Positions 1 to 13,449 of a stretch of DNA of 64,000 nucleotides are shown here, piece after piece. This DNA is from Octopus sinensis (taxonomy: Eukaryota): contig NC_043013.1 in the NCBI RefSeq assembly GCF_006345805.1, positions 32,922,001 through 32,986,000 on the forward strand, read 5' to 3'. Below the pieces are notes generated by a model, which was given only the letters and a program-made list of their open reading frames with translations, was not told the origin of the DNA and did no database searches. The position numbers and the translations under genes are program-made. Every line of letters begins with the position of its first letter. The first letter of the stretch is position 1.

Positions 1-471
1 ATTGCACAAGCATTTATACTTATATTCATATTTATATTCATGATAAATCTACATCATATATTGTTAAAACGTGTAAGTATTCACGTATTCTGCAGTTGCG
101 TATCCTTGCAAAATTCCCCAAAAGAAATTAGCGTGACGATATATGAAAAGGCTCGGTTATATGTACATATTTGAATAATATTCGATATCACACAGCATCG
201 AATAGATATCCTCAACCTCATCGCTTCGCTCAAAAGAACAAGTAAAAGTTCAAAATTTAATATCGAACTAGTATTTTATTTATTGACCCCAAAACGGTAT
301 ATTGACCCCGAAATGGTATATTGACCCCAAAACGTCGATGATATTTGTACTCAGACTGAATACTCTACAGCTTCACTAATTCTCCATGCTGTCGCTTTAT
401 TGTGTCCAGCAGTCTAGTGACGGATGAAGCTTAACGTTGTTATTAATGATTAATACGTGGGTTCAAATTGA

Positions 472-690
472 AGGCAGGGTGCTGGCAGTATCGTTACCAC
501 GCTGGGTATAAATGTTTAGCGGCATTTTGTCCTTCACATTCTGAATTTATATTTTCAAATTCCATGGAGTTCGACGTTACCTTTTATCCCTTGCGTGGTC
601 GATAAAAAGTACCAGTTGAACACTGGGGTTGATGTAATCGACTCAATTTCTCCATTGAAACTGTTGGCTTTGTACAAACATTTGTAATCT
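472..690 (+). mobile_element. Degraded family-A tRNA-derived SINE
   Basis: GCTGGCAGTATCGTTA head, TTCAAATTCC B-box-like motif and GGTCGATAAAAAGTACCAGTTGAACACTGGGG body match the intact copy at 4730-4959, with many substitutions. Ends approximate. Confidence 0.7.
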
Positions 691-1741
691 ATATTTGGGC
701 TGAGAAAGCTGTTGCGTTTGTTAACAAAACGTATTCAAACAACCCACAAGTGAAAAACAAACAGGAAAATATCATTTTAGTGGGATTTGAACCCAAAACA
801 TATAAAAAGAGCTAAGTATATAATGAAATATGTTGTGTTGCTGTTGTTTAACCACAGGTCAGCATGGATTGAGAACAGCTATCATTAAAAGTGATTCAGG
901 CGTTCTTCTTCCTTTCAGAAATAATGTATTTTAAAGTACATTACACAAATTATATAAATTAACCCTCCTGTATACAGACAATTGTAGGATATGCTTTGAG
1001 GACGTGTTGGTTGTTATTTCTGGCAGATTGAAGGGCAGTGAGTAGGCACATTCATGAGGTCGCAAATAGAGCTAGTCATTTCGTACGACACTTTAATGTT
1101 CTTATCATTCCAATGTCTTAAGTAACTTAACCTAATTGATTGATGGTAAGTAATTTGTTACAGAAGGATAACAAGGTGAAGGCCAAACGTAGTTTCACTG
1201 TTAATTGGTTGTGGGCGCATGCATGCTTTTGTGTGTATTCACGTGAATATATATATATAACGTGCATGTGTATAGACAAATACATATATACATACACATA
1301 CACACACACACACACACTCACCTGTGCGAGTTAAGAAACAAATTGCTCGACCAGTATAAAATTATAGAAAAGCTAAATAAATTAACGATATATATAAGGA
1401 AATAGGGAAGGTTGAACAATGAAATACATTAGTTACAATACTTATAAACACACACACACACACACACGCATATACATATATATATATGTTTGTATGTGTA
1501 CTGTGTGTACAAACACACACACACATACAGATATATTCATATATACACACACACACTACACACACATATACGTTCTTTTACTCTTCGTGTGGAGGAGGGT
1601 GACATAGACTGATAAATGTTGGTGAGTAGATAAATACATAGAACTATATTCATGTATGTGTATATGTGCGGGTGTGTATATGTACGCGTTGAGACAGCGT
1701 GAAAGGTAGAGGAACCGAGTGAGCGAGAGAGAAAGAAGACT

Positions 1742-1775
<34 letters not shown>

Positions 1776-2931
1776 AAACGAGAGGGGGGAAGAGAAAGAG
1801 AGGGGGAAGAGAACGAAAGAGAGAAGGTAAAATAGAAGGAGGGACAGTGAAAGACGATCGAGGGGGTTATATCTTTTACAAATTTAATTTCTGCCAACGG
1901 TCACTTTTGTTTGTCGTTATGTACTGTTTCTAGAATATGGCTTTATTTGTTCCAATGTACAATAGAGGAGTTAACGGAATTGCAACGAATATCCTGTCAA
2001 CGGCGTTAACTAAGTCAAGAGATATTTGTATATGTTGATTATATTAGATGGACTTTTCAATGCTTTTGTATTTGTGCCTGCTTTTTTTTAGCCTTTCTTT
2101 TGTATGTTTTTTTTTTTTTTACTTCCTAATGAATTCCAACAAAAGCTTCTTATAACGAACTTAATGAAACTTAGTAACAGCAAATTGTTTTCATGGAGAC
2201 TAAGTGCAGCATGATAAGTAACTAAGTTGAGTTATGCTTTTCTGTTTCTTGGTTGCCATTTTCATTATTTATTTCTTTAGATTTCTTTCCTTACGTTTTC
2301 TTTCTTTTCCTTCTTTTTCTTTTTTTTTTTTGTATTTCGGAATACTCGTTAATATAATTCCTTTTGTTTGTTGGTATTAACTTTATATATTATTATTTTC
2401 TCCGTAATGTATTAGACAATTTACAGAGAAAAGATGGCTTGTGTCCATTGACAATAGGATCATCAATAGAAAGACAAACGCAAACGTGACGAACAGAAGA
2501 TTTATGTGAAAAAAGAAACGGACGAAAGTTCGCGGCGCTCACTGTAAAAGTTGTTAGACAAAGATATATACTCTCGCTTGTGTGTTATAACGTGTATGAT
2601 GTTTGTGTGTGTGTGTATGTTGGTATGCATGTATGCATTAATAAATATTGCTTGTATATGAATGCATATACGTGTAAATATATATATATATATATACATA
2701 TATAAATATACACACGCACACAGATACATTCACATGCACACACATGAACATACACACACATGAGCATATAAACATATATATATGTATATATATATATATA
2801 TATATATTTATTTATTTATTTATATATATATATGTGTGTATATGTATTATATATATGTGTGTGTGTATACGTACACACATGCACGCGCGCACACACAGAC
2901 ACACAGACACAAACACGCACATATATACATA

Positions 2932-3195
2932 GGCGCAGGCGTGGGTGTATAATAAGAAGCTTGCTTCCAACCACATGGTTCCGGGTTCAGTTCCACAGCG
3001 TGGCACCTTGGGCAAGTGACTTCTGCTATAGCCTCGGGCTGACCGAAGCCTTGTCTGTGGATTTGTCAGACGGAACGTGAAAGAAGCCCGTCGTACAGAC
3101 ATACACACACGCACACGCACACATACATACATACATACATACTACATACATACATACATACATATATATATATATACATACATAAATACATATAC

Positions 3196-3239
<44 letters not shown>

Positions 3240-3269
3240 TATATAGATATATATATATATAATATATAT

Positions 3270-3302
<33 letters not shown>

Positions 3303-3514
3303 GTGTGTCTGTGTTTGTCCTCCACCATCGCTTCGCTTGACAATAGATGCTGAGGTGTTTACGTCCCCGTAACTTAGCGGTTCGGCAAAGTTACCTAGAA
3401 CAAGTACTAGGCTTGCAAAGAATAAGTCATGGGGTCGATTTGTTCTACTAAAGGCGGTGCTCCAGCATGGCCGCAGTCAAATGACTGAAACAAGTAAAAA
3501 GAATAAAAAGAATA
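2932..3514 (+). mobile_element. Family-B tRNA-derived SINE (CORE-like) with expanded internal (TACA)/(TA)n microsatellite
   Basis: Head GGCGCAGGCGTGG..GGTTCCGGGTTCAGTTCC; ACCTTGGGCAAGTGACTT resembles the CORE/MIR core motif; internal microsatellite about 3096-3305; 3' half ends CAGTCAAATGACTGAAACAAGTAAAAAGAATAAAAAGAATA. Same layout at 39424, 63185 and 60165 (minus). Confidence 0.85.
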
Positions 3515-3657
3515 GAAGGAATACACACACACATACATGTATGTAACCATATGTATGTCATTATATATATATATATATATTTATATACTTGTATACTTAT
3601 ATACATAAATATATTCATACTTAAAATACAAGTTTATATATATATATACACATGTAT

Positions 3658-3996
3658 GCGCATGGCTCAGTGGTTAGAGCGTCGAGCTTACGATCGTGAG
3701 GTTGTGAGCTCCAATCCCGGACCGGGCTGCGTGTTGTGCTCTCGAGCAAGGCACTTTATTTCACGTTGCTTCAGTTCACTCAGCTGTAGAAATTAGTTGC
3801 GACGTCACAGGTGCCAAGCTGTATCGACCTTTGTCTTTCCCTTGGATAACACTGGTGGCATGGAGAGGGGAGGCTGGTATGCATGGGCGACTGCTGGCCT
3901 TCCATAAACAACCTTGCCCGGACTTGTGTCTAGGAGGGTAACTTTCTAGGTGCAATCCCATGGTCATTCATGACCCAAGGGGGTCTTTACCCTTTT
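3658..3996 (+). mobile_element. Family-C tRNA-derived SINE
   Basis: A-box TGGCTCAGTGG and B-box-like region GAGCTCCAATCCC in a tRNA-like head, followed by GAGCAAGGCACTTTATTTCACGTTGC..CACTCAGCTG and a unique body ending TTACCCTTTT; flanked by (TA)n. Confidence 0.8.
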
Positions 3997-4025
3997 ATAT
4001 ATGCATATTTAAGCACTTAAATACT

Positions 4026-4069
<44 letters not shown>

Positions 4070-4088
4070 ATATATATATAAGTACCTA

Positions 4089-4139
<51 letters not shown>

Positions 4140-4193
4140 GCACACACACATATTACATTCTACATTCTATATTTATGCATGTATGCATACATG

Positions 4194-4235
<42 letters not shown>

Positions 4236-4729
4236 GTATGTATGTTTGTGTATATATGTATATATGCATACATGTACATATATATATGTATGTATATATA
4301 TGTTTATATATGCATATATGCATATATATATTTATATATATACCTGCATTAAATTATACTCTATATATATAATTACTCTACATGTATATCTGCATATGTA
4401 TCTATATATACATACACACTAACATACATACTTATATACATGCATGCATACATAAGTACAGACATATACACATACACACTCGCATACACGCGCATACATA
4501 CATAAATCCATGCATACACACACACACATACATACGAGGATTCCCTACAGGTTCCTTCATCAACTTCACTCATTTTTTATTAGACTGCCGAAGGCTAATG
4601 TACAAATGTATGTGCTCAAAGTGCCAGTCGTGCAGAACATGAACCAAAAACGACATGCTTGAGAAATCATTTCGTTAAACATACACCTATATTGCACAAA
4701 TTAATCACTGGTATTCTATACATATCAAT

Positions 4730-4959
4730 GGCGACGAGCTGGCAGAATCGTTAGCACGCCGGGCGAAATGCTTTGCGGTATTTCGTCTGCCGATACGTTC
4801 TGAGTTCAAATTCCGCTGAGGTCGACTTTGCCTTTCATCCTTCCGGTTCGATTAAATAAGTACCAGTTACACACTGGGGTCGATATAATCGACTTAATCC
4901 GTTTGTCTGTCCTTGTTTGTCTCCTCTGTGTTTAGCCCCTTGTGGGTAGTAAAGAAATA
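4730..4959 (+). mobile_element. Full-length family-A SINE monomer with 19-bp target-site duplication
   Basis: TSD GGTATTCTATACATATCAA at 4710-4728 and 4960-4978. Head GGCGACGAGCTGGCAGAATCGTTAG, B-box GAGTTCAAATTCC, body GTCGACTTTGCCTTTCATCC, end GTAAAGAAATA. Confidence 0.92.
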
Positions 4960-5430
4960 GGTATTCTATACATATCAAATCTCGCTACTGAATCTTCCTC
5001 AAATTAAAAGCTTTACAGAAACTCGGGTGTTTAATTTTAACGATAAGCATCCTCCACATGTATAGAAATAACTTCTCAGGTTGACAAAACTTTAGTCGAT
5101 TTCAGGCAAAGTTTCTTCAAGTTCTGATGTTCATTCCCCGAAACCTATGAATATAAAATCTATCTCAAAACCTTGTGGAATATGAAATACGTATAGCTAT
5201 CATTATACAGGTAAGAGAAAAAAAAAGTCTTTGTTGCTACCTTAGAATTTATTTGCAGCAATGAATGTCCTTAAATATCGCGAAGCATTATATAACTCAA
5301 CATTTTACTTACTATCTCGTTTAATCGTTAAGAAGCTGGTCGATGTTATGTTTGCGCATGAAAACAAACGTAGTAAAAATATAAATTGATATAAAAAAAT
5401 TTAAAAACAGAAAAGCTTTCTTTATCGTTC

Positions 5431-5433
5431 TTG

Positions 5434-5518
<85 letters not shown>

Positions 5519-5558
5519 CATCATCATTATTATTATTGTTGTTGTTGTTGTTGTTGTT
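5431..5558. repeat. (TTG)/(TAT)n/(TTG) compound trinucleotide microsatellite
   Basis: Directly visible run. Confidence 0.95.
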
Positions 5559-5707
5559 TACTAAATAGAAAAGGAATAGAATAATGAGTAAAGAAAAACA
5601 TCACTACACGTTTAAAACTATGAAATGATATCTACATACATAGATACACATACATACATATACATACATACATACATATATACGGATATACATAACACAT
5701 ACATATC

Positions 5708-5765
<58 letters not shown>

Positions 5766-5794
5766 ATATATATATTACATATCTATATGTATAT

Positions 5795-5853
<59 letters not shown>

Positions 5854-5858
5854 ATATA

Positions 5859-5890
<32 letters not shown>

Positions 5891-6397
5891 AGATAGGCGA
5901 GTGTGTGTGAGTAAACTTTGTAAAAGCAAAATGCTTAAACAAGAGAGATACATGTTAAAGCAGAAAGAATTAGTAAGAATGAATAACGTTCACCCTTATG
6001 CGAACAATACACAATCTGTTCAGAGCCAAACCAAAGAAATCAAAGTCATTATCATGCGAATATGAATAAAAGGGGAAAAAAAAAAAAAAAAGGAATTGAT
6101 TGAAACAACAATTGAGAGAAAAAAAATACAAAAATTCTTGGGGAAAAAATATTAAAAAATAAATAAATACAACGCTAAAATGACTCTTTGCAAGGAATTA
6201 TATAAAGAACAATGTAGATATACATACATACATACATACATACATACATGCATATATAAATATATACATGTGTATGTGTGCATACGCAGGCACACTCACA
6301 CATATATATATATATACATATGTGTGTCTGCACATAAGCATACGCACTTGTGTGTATATATATATATATTTATGTGTGTGTGTTGTGAATTCTCCCC

Positions 6398-6428
<31 letters not shown>

Positions 6429-9035
6429 GTGTGTGGGTGTGTGTGTGTATATGCCTCAACAAAGGATATATATATACATGTGTCTACATGTTTGTGTACA
6501 TGTGTGTGGATGAGTGTGTGTATTTGTATGTATGTGTGTGTGTGTGTGTGTGTGTGGTGTGTCGCAATAAAAGGTGGCACCGAACCACTTGAATCAAACG
6601 GCAAATTTAAAAGATCTGAAGTAGGTAAAATACCGAATATATGGCATAAACATGACAGGAATAATATGTACTAGAGAGAAGGCCCCCTTTTAATTAGAAA
6701 CCCTTTGCCTTTGTTACAATGAGTTGCTTAGTTTACGAAAAGAAATAAACCATAGTTTGAATATCATGTAGCAATTGTGCAATTTGCAAAAAAAAAAGAA
6801 AGAAATATATATGTATATATATATATAAGAAATATTAAAAAAAAAATGAAAGAAAAGTATAAAATGGAAGTCAAAAAAATTGTCTAAAAGAAGCAGGTAA
6901 TATTTCGAAATGGCAACTGACTCAAAGAAGGTCCATTAATCCATCAAAAAGTGATTGTTTACTTCAGAGAATATAAGAAAACAAAGTCGTGAAAAATAAT
7001 GTCCAACAACAACAACATGGACAAGAAGCTATCAAATATCACTGTTTGTTTTGTTATTCGCATGCGCATGGGTGTGATTATGCGTACACATAAAATATAT
7101 ATGTATAAGGTGTGTATCAAATTATGTCAATTTGCACACTGTACGCTCATTTACACAAACGTACTTTGCTCTTTCATGTTACATATGGTGGATGAACTAT
7201 TAAATTAAATATGGTCAGATCCGACGTATTATGATTTACATTTATAGGCACATGCATGCTTACACATAGACACGGCACACATACATACGTACTTAGAAAC
7301 ATACTTTCACACATACATATATGCTTACATACATATATCTAAATTAGACTTACATACCAAACACACCATACATTTACACAGAGATAAATACACATAATAA
7401 TTCATAAGCACACACACGCATATACATATATATATATAAACACATAAAAGGAAACTTACACATATACATACAAAGAAACACACAAGCACACATACAGATA
7501 CTCAAATGCATACAATCACACACATACATATGCATAACTGACTGCCTCGAATATAAACTAATGCCCACACTTAGACATATATTTTTGACACATCTGTACT
7601 ACATGTCACACACTCACAATTTTATAGAAGTATGGCGTATATGTATGTATATATATATTTATGTGTGTATATATATATATGAATATTTATGTGTATGTGT
7701 ATATATGTATATGTGTGTGTGTATATGTGCATGTGTGCGTGTGTATGTGTGTGCCTGTGCGCGCGTGTGTGTTTATGTGCGTATATACATGTATATATAT
7801 ATACATATCTCTGGAAATTCATATGTACACCATGGATTAAGTCACCTTCTCTGTGATGCTATTAAAACTTTTTTTAAATTCTGTGATAAGACTGTACATC
7901 ATCTTTAAAGAAATTTAATGAACTTTGGAAATCTGTTTATGTTACTTAATTATCTACATTACTTCATGAGTATAGCCTCAACCACTAGGATGTCTAGAGA
8001 ACTCACATGTATTTTAGCTGATGAGTACGGGACACGTTTATATGCTGCAATTTTTGCAACTGTTAATAAAGCCTGTCCTTGTATGAAACGATTGTACTAA
8101 AAACCTATCCATTCTTGTTGCTTCTTTCTCGCTTATAATCACCCCACATTACTGTATTGTTAAAACCGTATAGTTTGTTTTGGTGCATCTAAGTTAGGTA
8201 CCATATTCAAGTAAATTCATTTAAATTAACTTGAATCTTTATTGCTTTTTGCATATATATATATATATATTTATAGGTATGTTTATACATATACATATAC
8301 ACATATACACACATATAAAGCATAAAAGAGCGAGAGAGAGAGAGAGAGAAGAAAAAGAGGGAGAGCAAGCCAATGTATATGTATAATTGCAATACATCGA
8401 ATATACTTAATGCATATGTATGTTGTTTTACGTATGTATGTGTGTGTGTTTGTGTGTGTGAATATGTATGTGTTTGTTATGTATACATATATATGTACAT
8501 ATATGTACATACATGTACATACACACACACGCACACACACACATATATATATACAATTATACATACATATATATTATATGTGTGTGTATGTGTGTGCGTG
8601 TATGTTTTTATGCATACGTATAATTATACCGAAGAAAGCCATGAAAGTAATAGACATAGCAGCTGAAAGTAACTCAGGATGGTTATGATTGATAAGAGGC
8701 CATAACTGGAGCTATTCTGTAGGTGAAGATTTACTCAGTCCTCGCTGCCCAGCTCTGCTGAAAGCGAACAGAACAAGGGGCGAAATGCTTATGACTCTGA
8801 GATACCTGCTGACGATACAGAATCGTTTTGATCATTGTAATATATTTAGAAGTGCTTTCAAACCACCTGAGTGACTTCTGCTTTTTCGTCGCGAGGAAAA
8901 GCATCTCTGAAGCTTATTTCCTCCATTCATTTAACCCACACCTATATGCATGTGTGTATAAATGCTAACTACCTTGATTACACTAATTGCTTAATCTGCC
9001 GACGCTGCTGTCTTCAGATAAAGATACATTTTTTT

Positions 9036-9212
9036 TATTTTCTACTCTACGCACAAGGTCTGAAATTTTTGGGGAGGAGGCCAGTCGATTACATCGGTCC
9101 TAATACGCAACTGTACTTAATTTATCGACCCCGAAAGAATGAAAGGCAAAGTCAACCTCGGCAGAATTTGAACTCAGAACCTAAAGACAGACGAAATACC
9201 GCTAAGCATTTA
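9036..9212 (-). mobile_element. Family-A' SINE (alternative 3' tail), followed on plus by a family-B-like tail remnant to about 9322
   Basis: Reverse complement of the A body (TTTATCGACCCCGAAAG..GAATTTGAACTCAGAAC) with tail CACAAGGTCTGAAATTTT, as at 16682. Confidence 0.75.
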
Positions 9213-10401
9213 GCTTTTCGACAAAAAACATAAATACTGGAGTCGATTCGTTCGACTAAAATTCTTTAAGACAATGCCCCAGCATGGCCGCAGTCTGAAC
9301 AAGTAAAGGATAAAAGATAAAAAGTATATGTAAATATAATGTTCCTACGTCGACGCAAAATACATAGTTTCTACCTGCGTTTGTATATAAACACGCATGT
9401 CATTTATATTTGTGTGTTTCTGTGACTATAGTTGTATGTGTATGCGTGCCAACTTATTATTTAATATATTGACTTCAATTTATGGCAGAAGGGCAGAAAT
9501 TTTGGATGGTGGTAAATCGGTTACATTGATTCCGGAGCTCAACTGGTATGTAGTGTGTCGACTGCGAAAGGATAAAAGGCAAAGACGACCTCTGCGGAAT
9601 TTGAAATCAGAATATAAAGACAGACAAAATGCTACTAACCAATTTACTAAGCAATCGTGCTAACAGTTCTGCCAGCTTGCGGGCCTACTCCATCACTTGT
9701 ATTATTTGAATTATTTCCACAAGGGAGACAACTTCGAACCTGTTTATGAATTATTAAACCTTGCAACCCACCATGGAGATTTACGAAAATTTAAAGTGAT
9801 TGACCGAGAAAACTAATACTGTTTTGAGAATAATTTGCTCAGAAGAGCCATCTGCAAAAAAGACTATAGTTAAGCTAATGTTAAGATAATTTAATGTATA
9901 CATCTCTCAGTCCCATTTTACACATTATCGTATCTCCAATTCACTTTTTATGCTCCTCGCAGTAATATTGATAACACTAGTTTAACTGCTACTTTTCATG
10001 CGATTATTTTAAGTAAATAGCGACTAAGCATTGATTGGCAGTCATCCCTAACCACACGCGCACACAGATACAGAAACGAAGAAACGTATGCGTATATGCT
10101 AGATATTGCACGGAACACAATTGTAGGTGGCTAATCACGCACACTCAGAGGTTACATTCTTATATACACATATGTACGTACTCACAAACACAATTAGATG
10201 TACACAATTGTACAGCGACCCACACGTGTATACCACTATATGAAAGACATCTACAGTACCAGATACACAAATGCGCATCACTCATCGGTATGTTCTCCTG
10301 GTTTTATTTAAATACGTCTAAGAGGTATTTTTACTGGATTTAGGCATAGACTAGGCAGCTATACATGTATCGATGTGTACGATTTCATTATGTATTTGTA
10401 C

Positions 10402-10433
<32 letters not shown>

Positions 10434-10439
10434 AGAATG

Positions 10440-10712
10440 TTTAAAAGGAACACACGAGTTGATATATATATATGGAAAAAAAGTCAAGGTAGAAAATGCT
10501 AAAATAATTTTATAAAAAACATTTCAGTACCGGTTTCAGTCATTGAGACTTTTTCAACTGAAAGTATGGAATACAATTAAATTTTGGGAAAATTAAAAGA
10601 AACGTCTTTTAAAACGTCTTTTACAAGGGGCATTTTCCTTGTTTCTGCTGTCCTGTCTCTCTTGTTTGCTCTTGTGGGTTCGAGATCGTTGTGAATTCTT
10701 GGTAGGGAAGGA
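10440..10712 (-). mobile_element. Short hammerhead-bearing repeat element (Penelope-like pseudo-LTR/retrozyme-like); boundaries approximate
   Basis: Contains the ribozyme fold at 10522-10563; bounded by (TA)n(TG)n on the left and (AAG)n on the right. Extent inferred. Confidence 0.45.
10522..10563 (-). ncRNA. Minimal type-I hammerhead ribozyme, U3-A8 core variant
   Basis: Minus strand reads TTTCAG-TTGAAAA-AGTC-tcaat-GACT-GAA-ACCGGT-A-CTGAAA: 6-bp stem I, core UUGAAAA, 4-bp stem II, GAAA, palindromic stem III ACCGGU, GUA cleavage triplet. Confidence 0.75.
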
Positions 10713-10800
10713 GAAGTAGAAGAAGAAGAAGAAGAAGAAGAAGAAGAAGAAGAAGAAGAAGAAGAGAAGAAGAAGAAGAAGAAGAAGAAGAAGAGGGAAG
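10711..10800. repeat. (AAG)n microsatellite
   Basis: Directly visible run. Confidence 0.95.
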
Positions 10801-10804
10801 AGGA

Positions 10805-11524
10805 GCAGATTGTGTGGAGTGATGAGACCACATTCAAATTAAATGGTTCAATTAACCGCCACAGTCGCACCTACTGGGGAGCTGAGAATCCGCATGTTAT
10901 GGTGGAACACCATGTTAATTTACCAGGAGTTACAGTGTGGTGTGGCTTATCATCAAGAGGATTAATTGGGCCATTCTCTTTTGACGCTACTGTGACTGGT
11001 CACGTTTACTTGCTGTAAAAGACTGTCATGCCAAGCATTAGAGAAGACTTAGAAGAATTAGAGAAGACTTTGAAGATGATGAGTTATATTTTCAGCAAGA
11101 TTGGGTATCCCTACACTAACATCGCGATGTTAGATCTTTCCTTGAGGAGATCTTGCCAAACAGGTGGATTGAACGAAGGTGTTTTGTTGAATATAATCTG
11201 CGTTCACCAGACCTCAGACCACTGGATTTTTTTATGGAGATATCTAAAAGACAGAGTCTACGCTATGAAAACTGCAACAGTCGCTGATTTGAACGAAAAT
11301 GCACACAAGTACCAAACGAATTGTTTCGTGATGTTTACGATTACATTGCTTCGCGTTGTCAGCAGTTCCTGGACCAGAACGGATGTCAGTTTGAAAACAG
11401 GCGTTGACAAAACAATAAAATAATGTCTGTAGATTCCATTAAATATTGAAAATGAAATGTCTTTTAATAAACACCTACTTTACAATTATTTAAAGTGTGT
11501 ATACATTTTTGGGGGCATTCTCTA
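10805..11524 (+). mobile_element. Tc1/mariner transposon 3' half, DD41D (rosa/Visitor-type) transposase pseudogene with 3' TIR
   Basis: Manual translation: [41 protein letters not shown]-41 aa-D (..RSPDLRPLD)..LWRYLKDRVY, with stops and frameshifts. 3' TIR-like TAAAGTGTGTATACATTTTTGGGGGCATTCTC + TA at 11491-11524. No 5' half seen. Confidence 0.85.
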
Positions 11525-11525
11525 G

Positions 11526-11630
<105 letters not shown>

Positions 11631-11644
11631 AAATACTTGTGTGT

Positions 11645-11840
11645 GTATATGTCTGTGCTTGTCCTCACCTCTATCGCTTGGCAACCGGTGTTGGTATGTT
11701 TAGCAGATCGGCAAAAAATGAGACAAAATAAGTACTAAGCTTACAAAAAAATAAGTCCTGCAGTCGACTTCTTCTAATAAAGGCGGTGCTCCACCATGAC
11801 CGAAGTCAAATGACTGAAACAAATAAAAGAATAAAAGAAT
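11645..11840 (+). mobile_element. Family-B SINE, 3' half only
   Basis: GTCTGTGCTTGTCC..ATCGCTTGGCAACCG..AAAGGCGGTGCTCC..GTCAAATGACTGAAAC..ATAAAAGAATAAAAGAATA, preceded by (TA)n(TG)n. Confidence 0.75.
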
Positions 11841-12150
11841 ATGTGAAGGTAGCTAGGTTGTCGCTTCGATATTGGTGCATTAGCTGTTGTAATTTTATCG
11901 AGCGTTAGGTAGGACGAAAGGCAAATTTAGTTTCGGCAGGATTTGAAATCACGTGGTAAAGTGGCATTATCAAGTACCGCATGGTAGCTTGTCCGTCTCT
12001 CTACCGTTTCTGCCAATCCACTGCAACCAAGCTGTCAATCGTGCTGCTAAAACTAAAAAACTACACTAAGAATTCTCTTCAGTCCTCTACAAGTTCTGGT
12101 CGGTCTGCCATTTTCTCCACTAAAATGCTAATCCTTCAAATCTTTTTTTT

Positions 12151-12380
12151 TGTTTCTTTATTACCCACAAGGAGTTAAACATAGAGGGGACAAACAAGGA
12201 CAGACAAACGGATTAAGTCGATTACATCGACCCCAGTGCATAACTGGTACTTAATTCATCGACCCCGAAAGGATAAAAGGCAAAGTCGACCTCGGCGGAA
12301 TTTGAACTCAGAACGTAATGGCAGACGAAATACGGCTACGAATTTCGCCCGGCGTGCTAACGGTTGTGCCAGCTCGCCGC
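12151..12380 (-). mobile_element. Family-A SINE monomer
   Basis: Near-complete reverse complement of 4730-4959. Confidence 0.9.
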
Positions 12381-12385
12381 TTCTA

Positions 12386-12623
12386 TAGGGTATTCAAAAA
12401 GTCTCTCCGCAGTAAATATGATTCTCGGGCGATTCTTGTACACGAATCCTTTACTTGCGCCGCAGAACAAAAAAAAAAAAAAAGAGGAAAATCAGGCGAA
12501 CTTGGTGGCAAACGTCCCTTCGAAATAATTCCTTCACCGAAAAACTCTTCAAATATCGCCATGGTGTTGTGCAAGATGAAAAGATGAAAATCTTCATTGC
12601 GGAGACACTTTTTGAACACCCCA
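12386..12623. mobile_element. Tc1/mariner-type MITE (238 bp) with TA target duplication
   Basis: 28-bp TIRs TAGGGTATTCAAAAAGTCTCTCCGCAGT (12386-12413) and ATTGCGGAGACACTTTTTGAACACCCCA (12596-12623), 24/28 identical; TA at 12384-12385 and 12624-12625. Confidence 0.85.
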
Positions 12624-13104
12624 TATATGATGAGAATTTAGATTTTCTAACCTACCGGTACGTCCTCAAATTTAGGCAATCACTACAGTCAAATACATCA
12701 AAATGACACTCAACAGATACTAATTTTATCGAAACACAAGTGAATGAAATGCAAGAATTTCGCTCTGTGGGATTTGAACTCAAAACGCCAATGGACTTAA
12801 CGAAATACAACATAACACTTCTGCCAACCCTCCGACCTTTAAACTAGCGAGATATTGACCGTCCGTATGTAATATTGTAGTTTTTGACATCTACGTTGTT
12901 TTCGGATGTAAATATCCTTAGTTCAGCAACATATACCACACATCAAACTATTTCCGCCTTCATCTTGTCATCGACGCTAACGTAAATTGATATGTCACTG
13001 TTTTTATTTGATATTTTTTCCCCTTCTTACTGCTATGTCGCAGGTTCCGGTCACATGATTACATATATATTTAGATCGACGCCAAAAGTATTTCTCTTTC
13101 CTCA

Positions 13105-13142
<38 letters not shown>

Positions 13143-13380
13143 ACACACACACACACACACACAACTACAACAACAAAGATAACAACTACAACGACAACAC
13201 TCAAACGTGCGCACGCATATACACACTCTCACACATATTAGTATATCGTTACGTATATATTCTGGATCAACGTTTGCTAATAGGTATTAGCATACAAACC
13301 TACAAGCCTGCACATATACATACATACATACATACATACATACATACATACATACACACACACATATGTATGTATGTATG

Positions 13381-13449
<69 letters not shown>

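Noticed and set aside
281-335. 19-bp triple repeat TATTGACCCC(A/G)AAA(C/T)GGTA
   Set aside because: Local slippage inside a degraded minus-strand SINE (ATCGACCCCGAAAGG); no wider significance evident.
3466-3500. SINE-B tail hairpin CAGTC-AAAT-GACTG followed by AAAC, resembling a hammerhead half
   Set aside because: No CUGANGA-type core or stem I upstream; better explained as a LINE-shared 3' recognition stem-loop.
3658-3730. tRNA gene
   Set aside because: The tRNA-like head continues into a SINE body and has no closing acceptor stem; the same applies to the other SINE heads.
6570-6625. Possible micro-exon GGTEPLESNGKFKRSE bounded by AG..GT
   Set aside because: No polypyrimidine tract and no homology recognised; needs RNA-seq.
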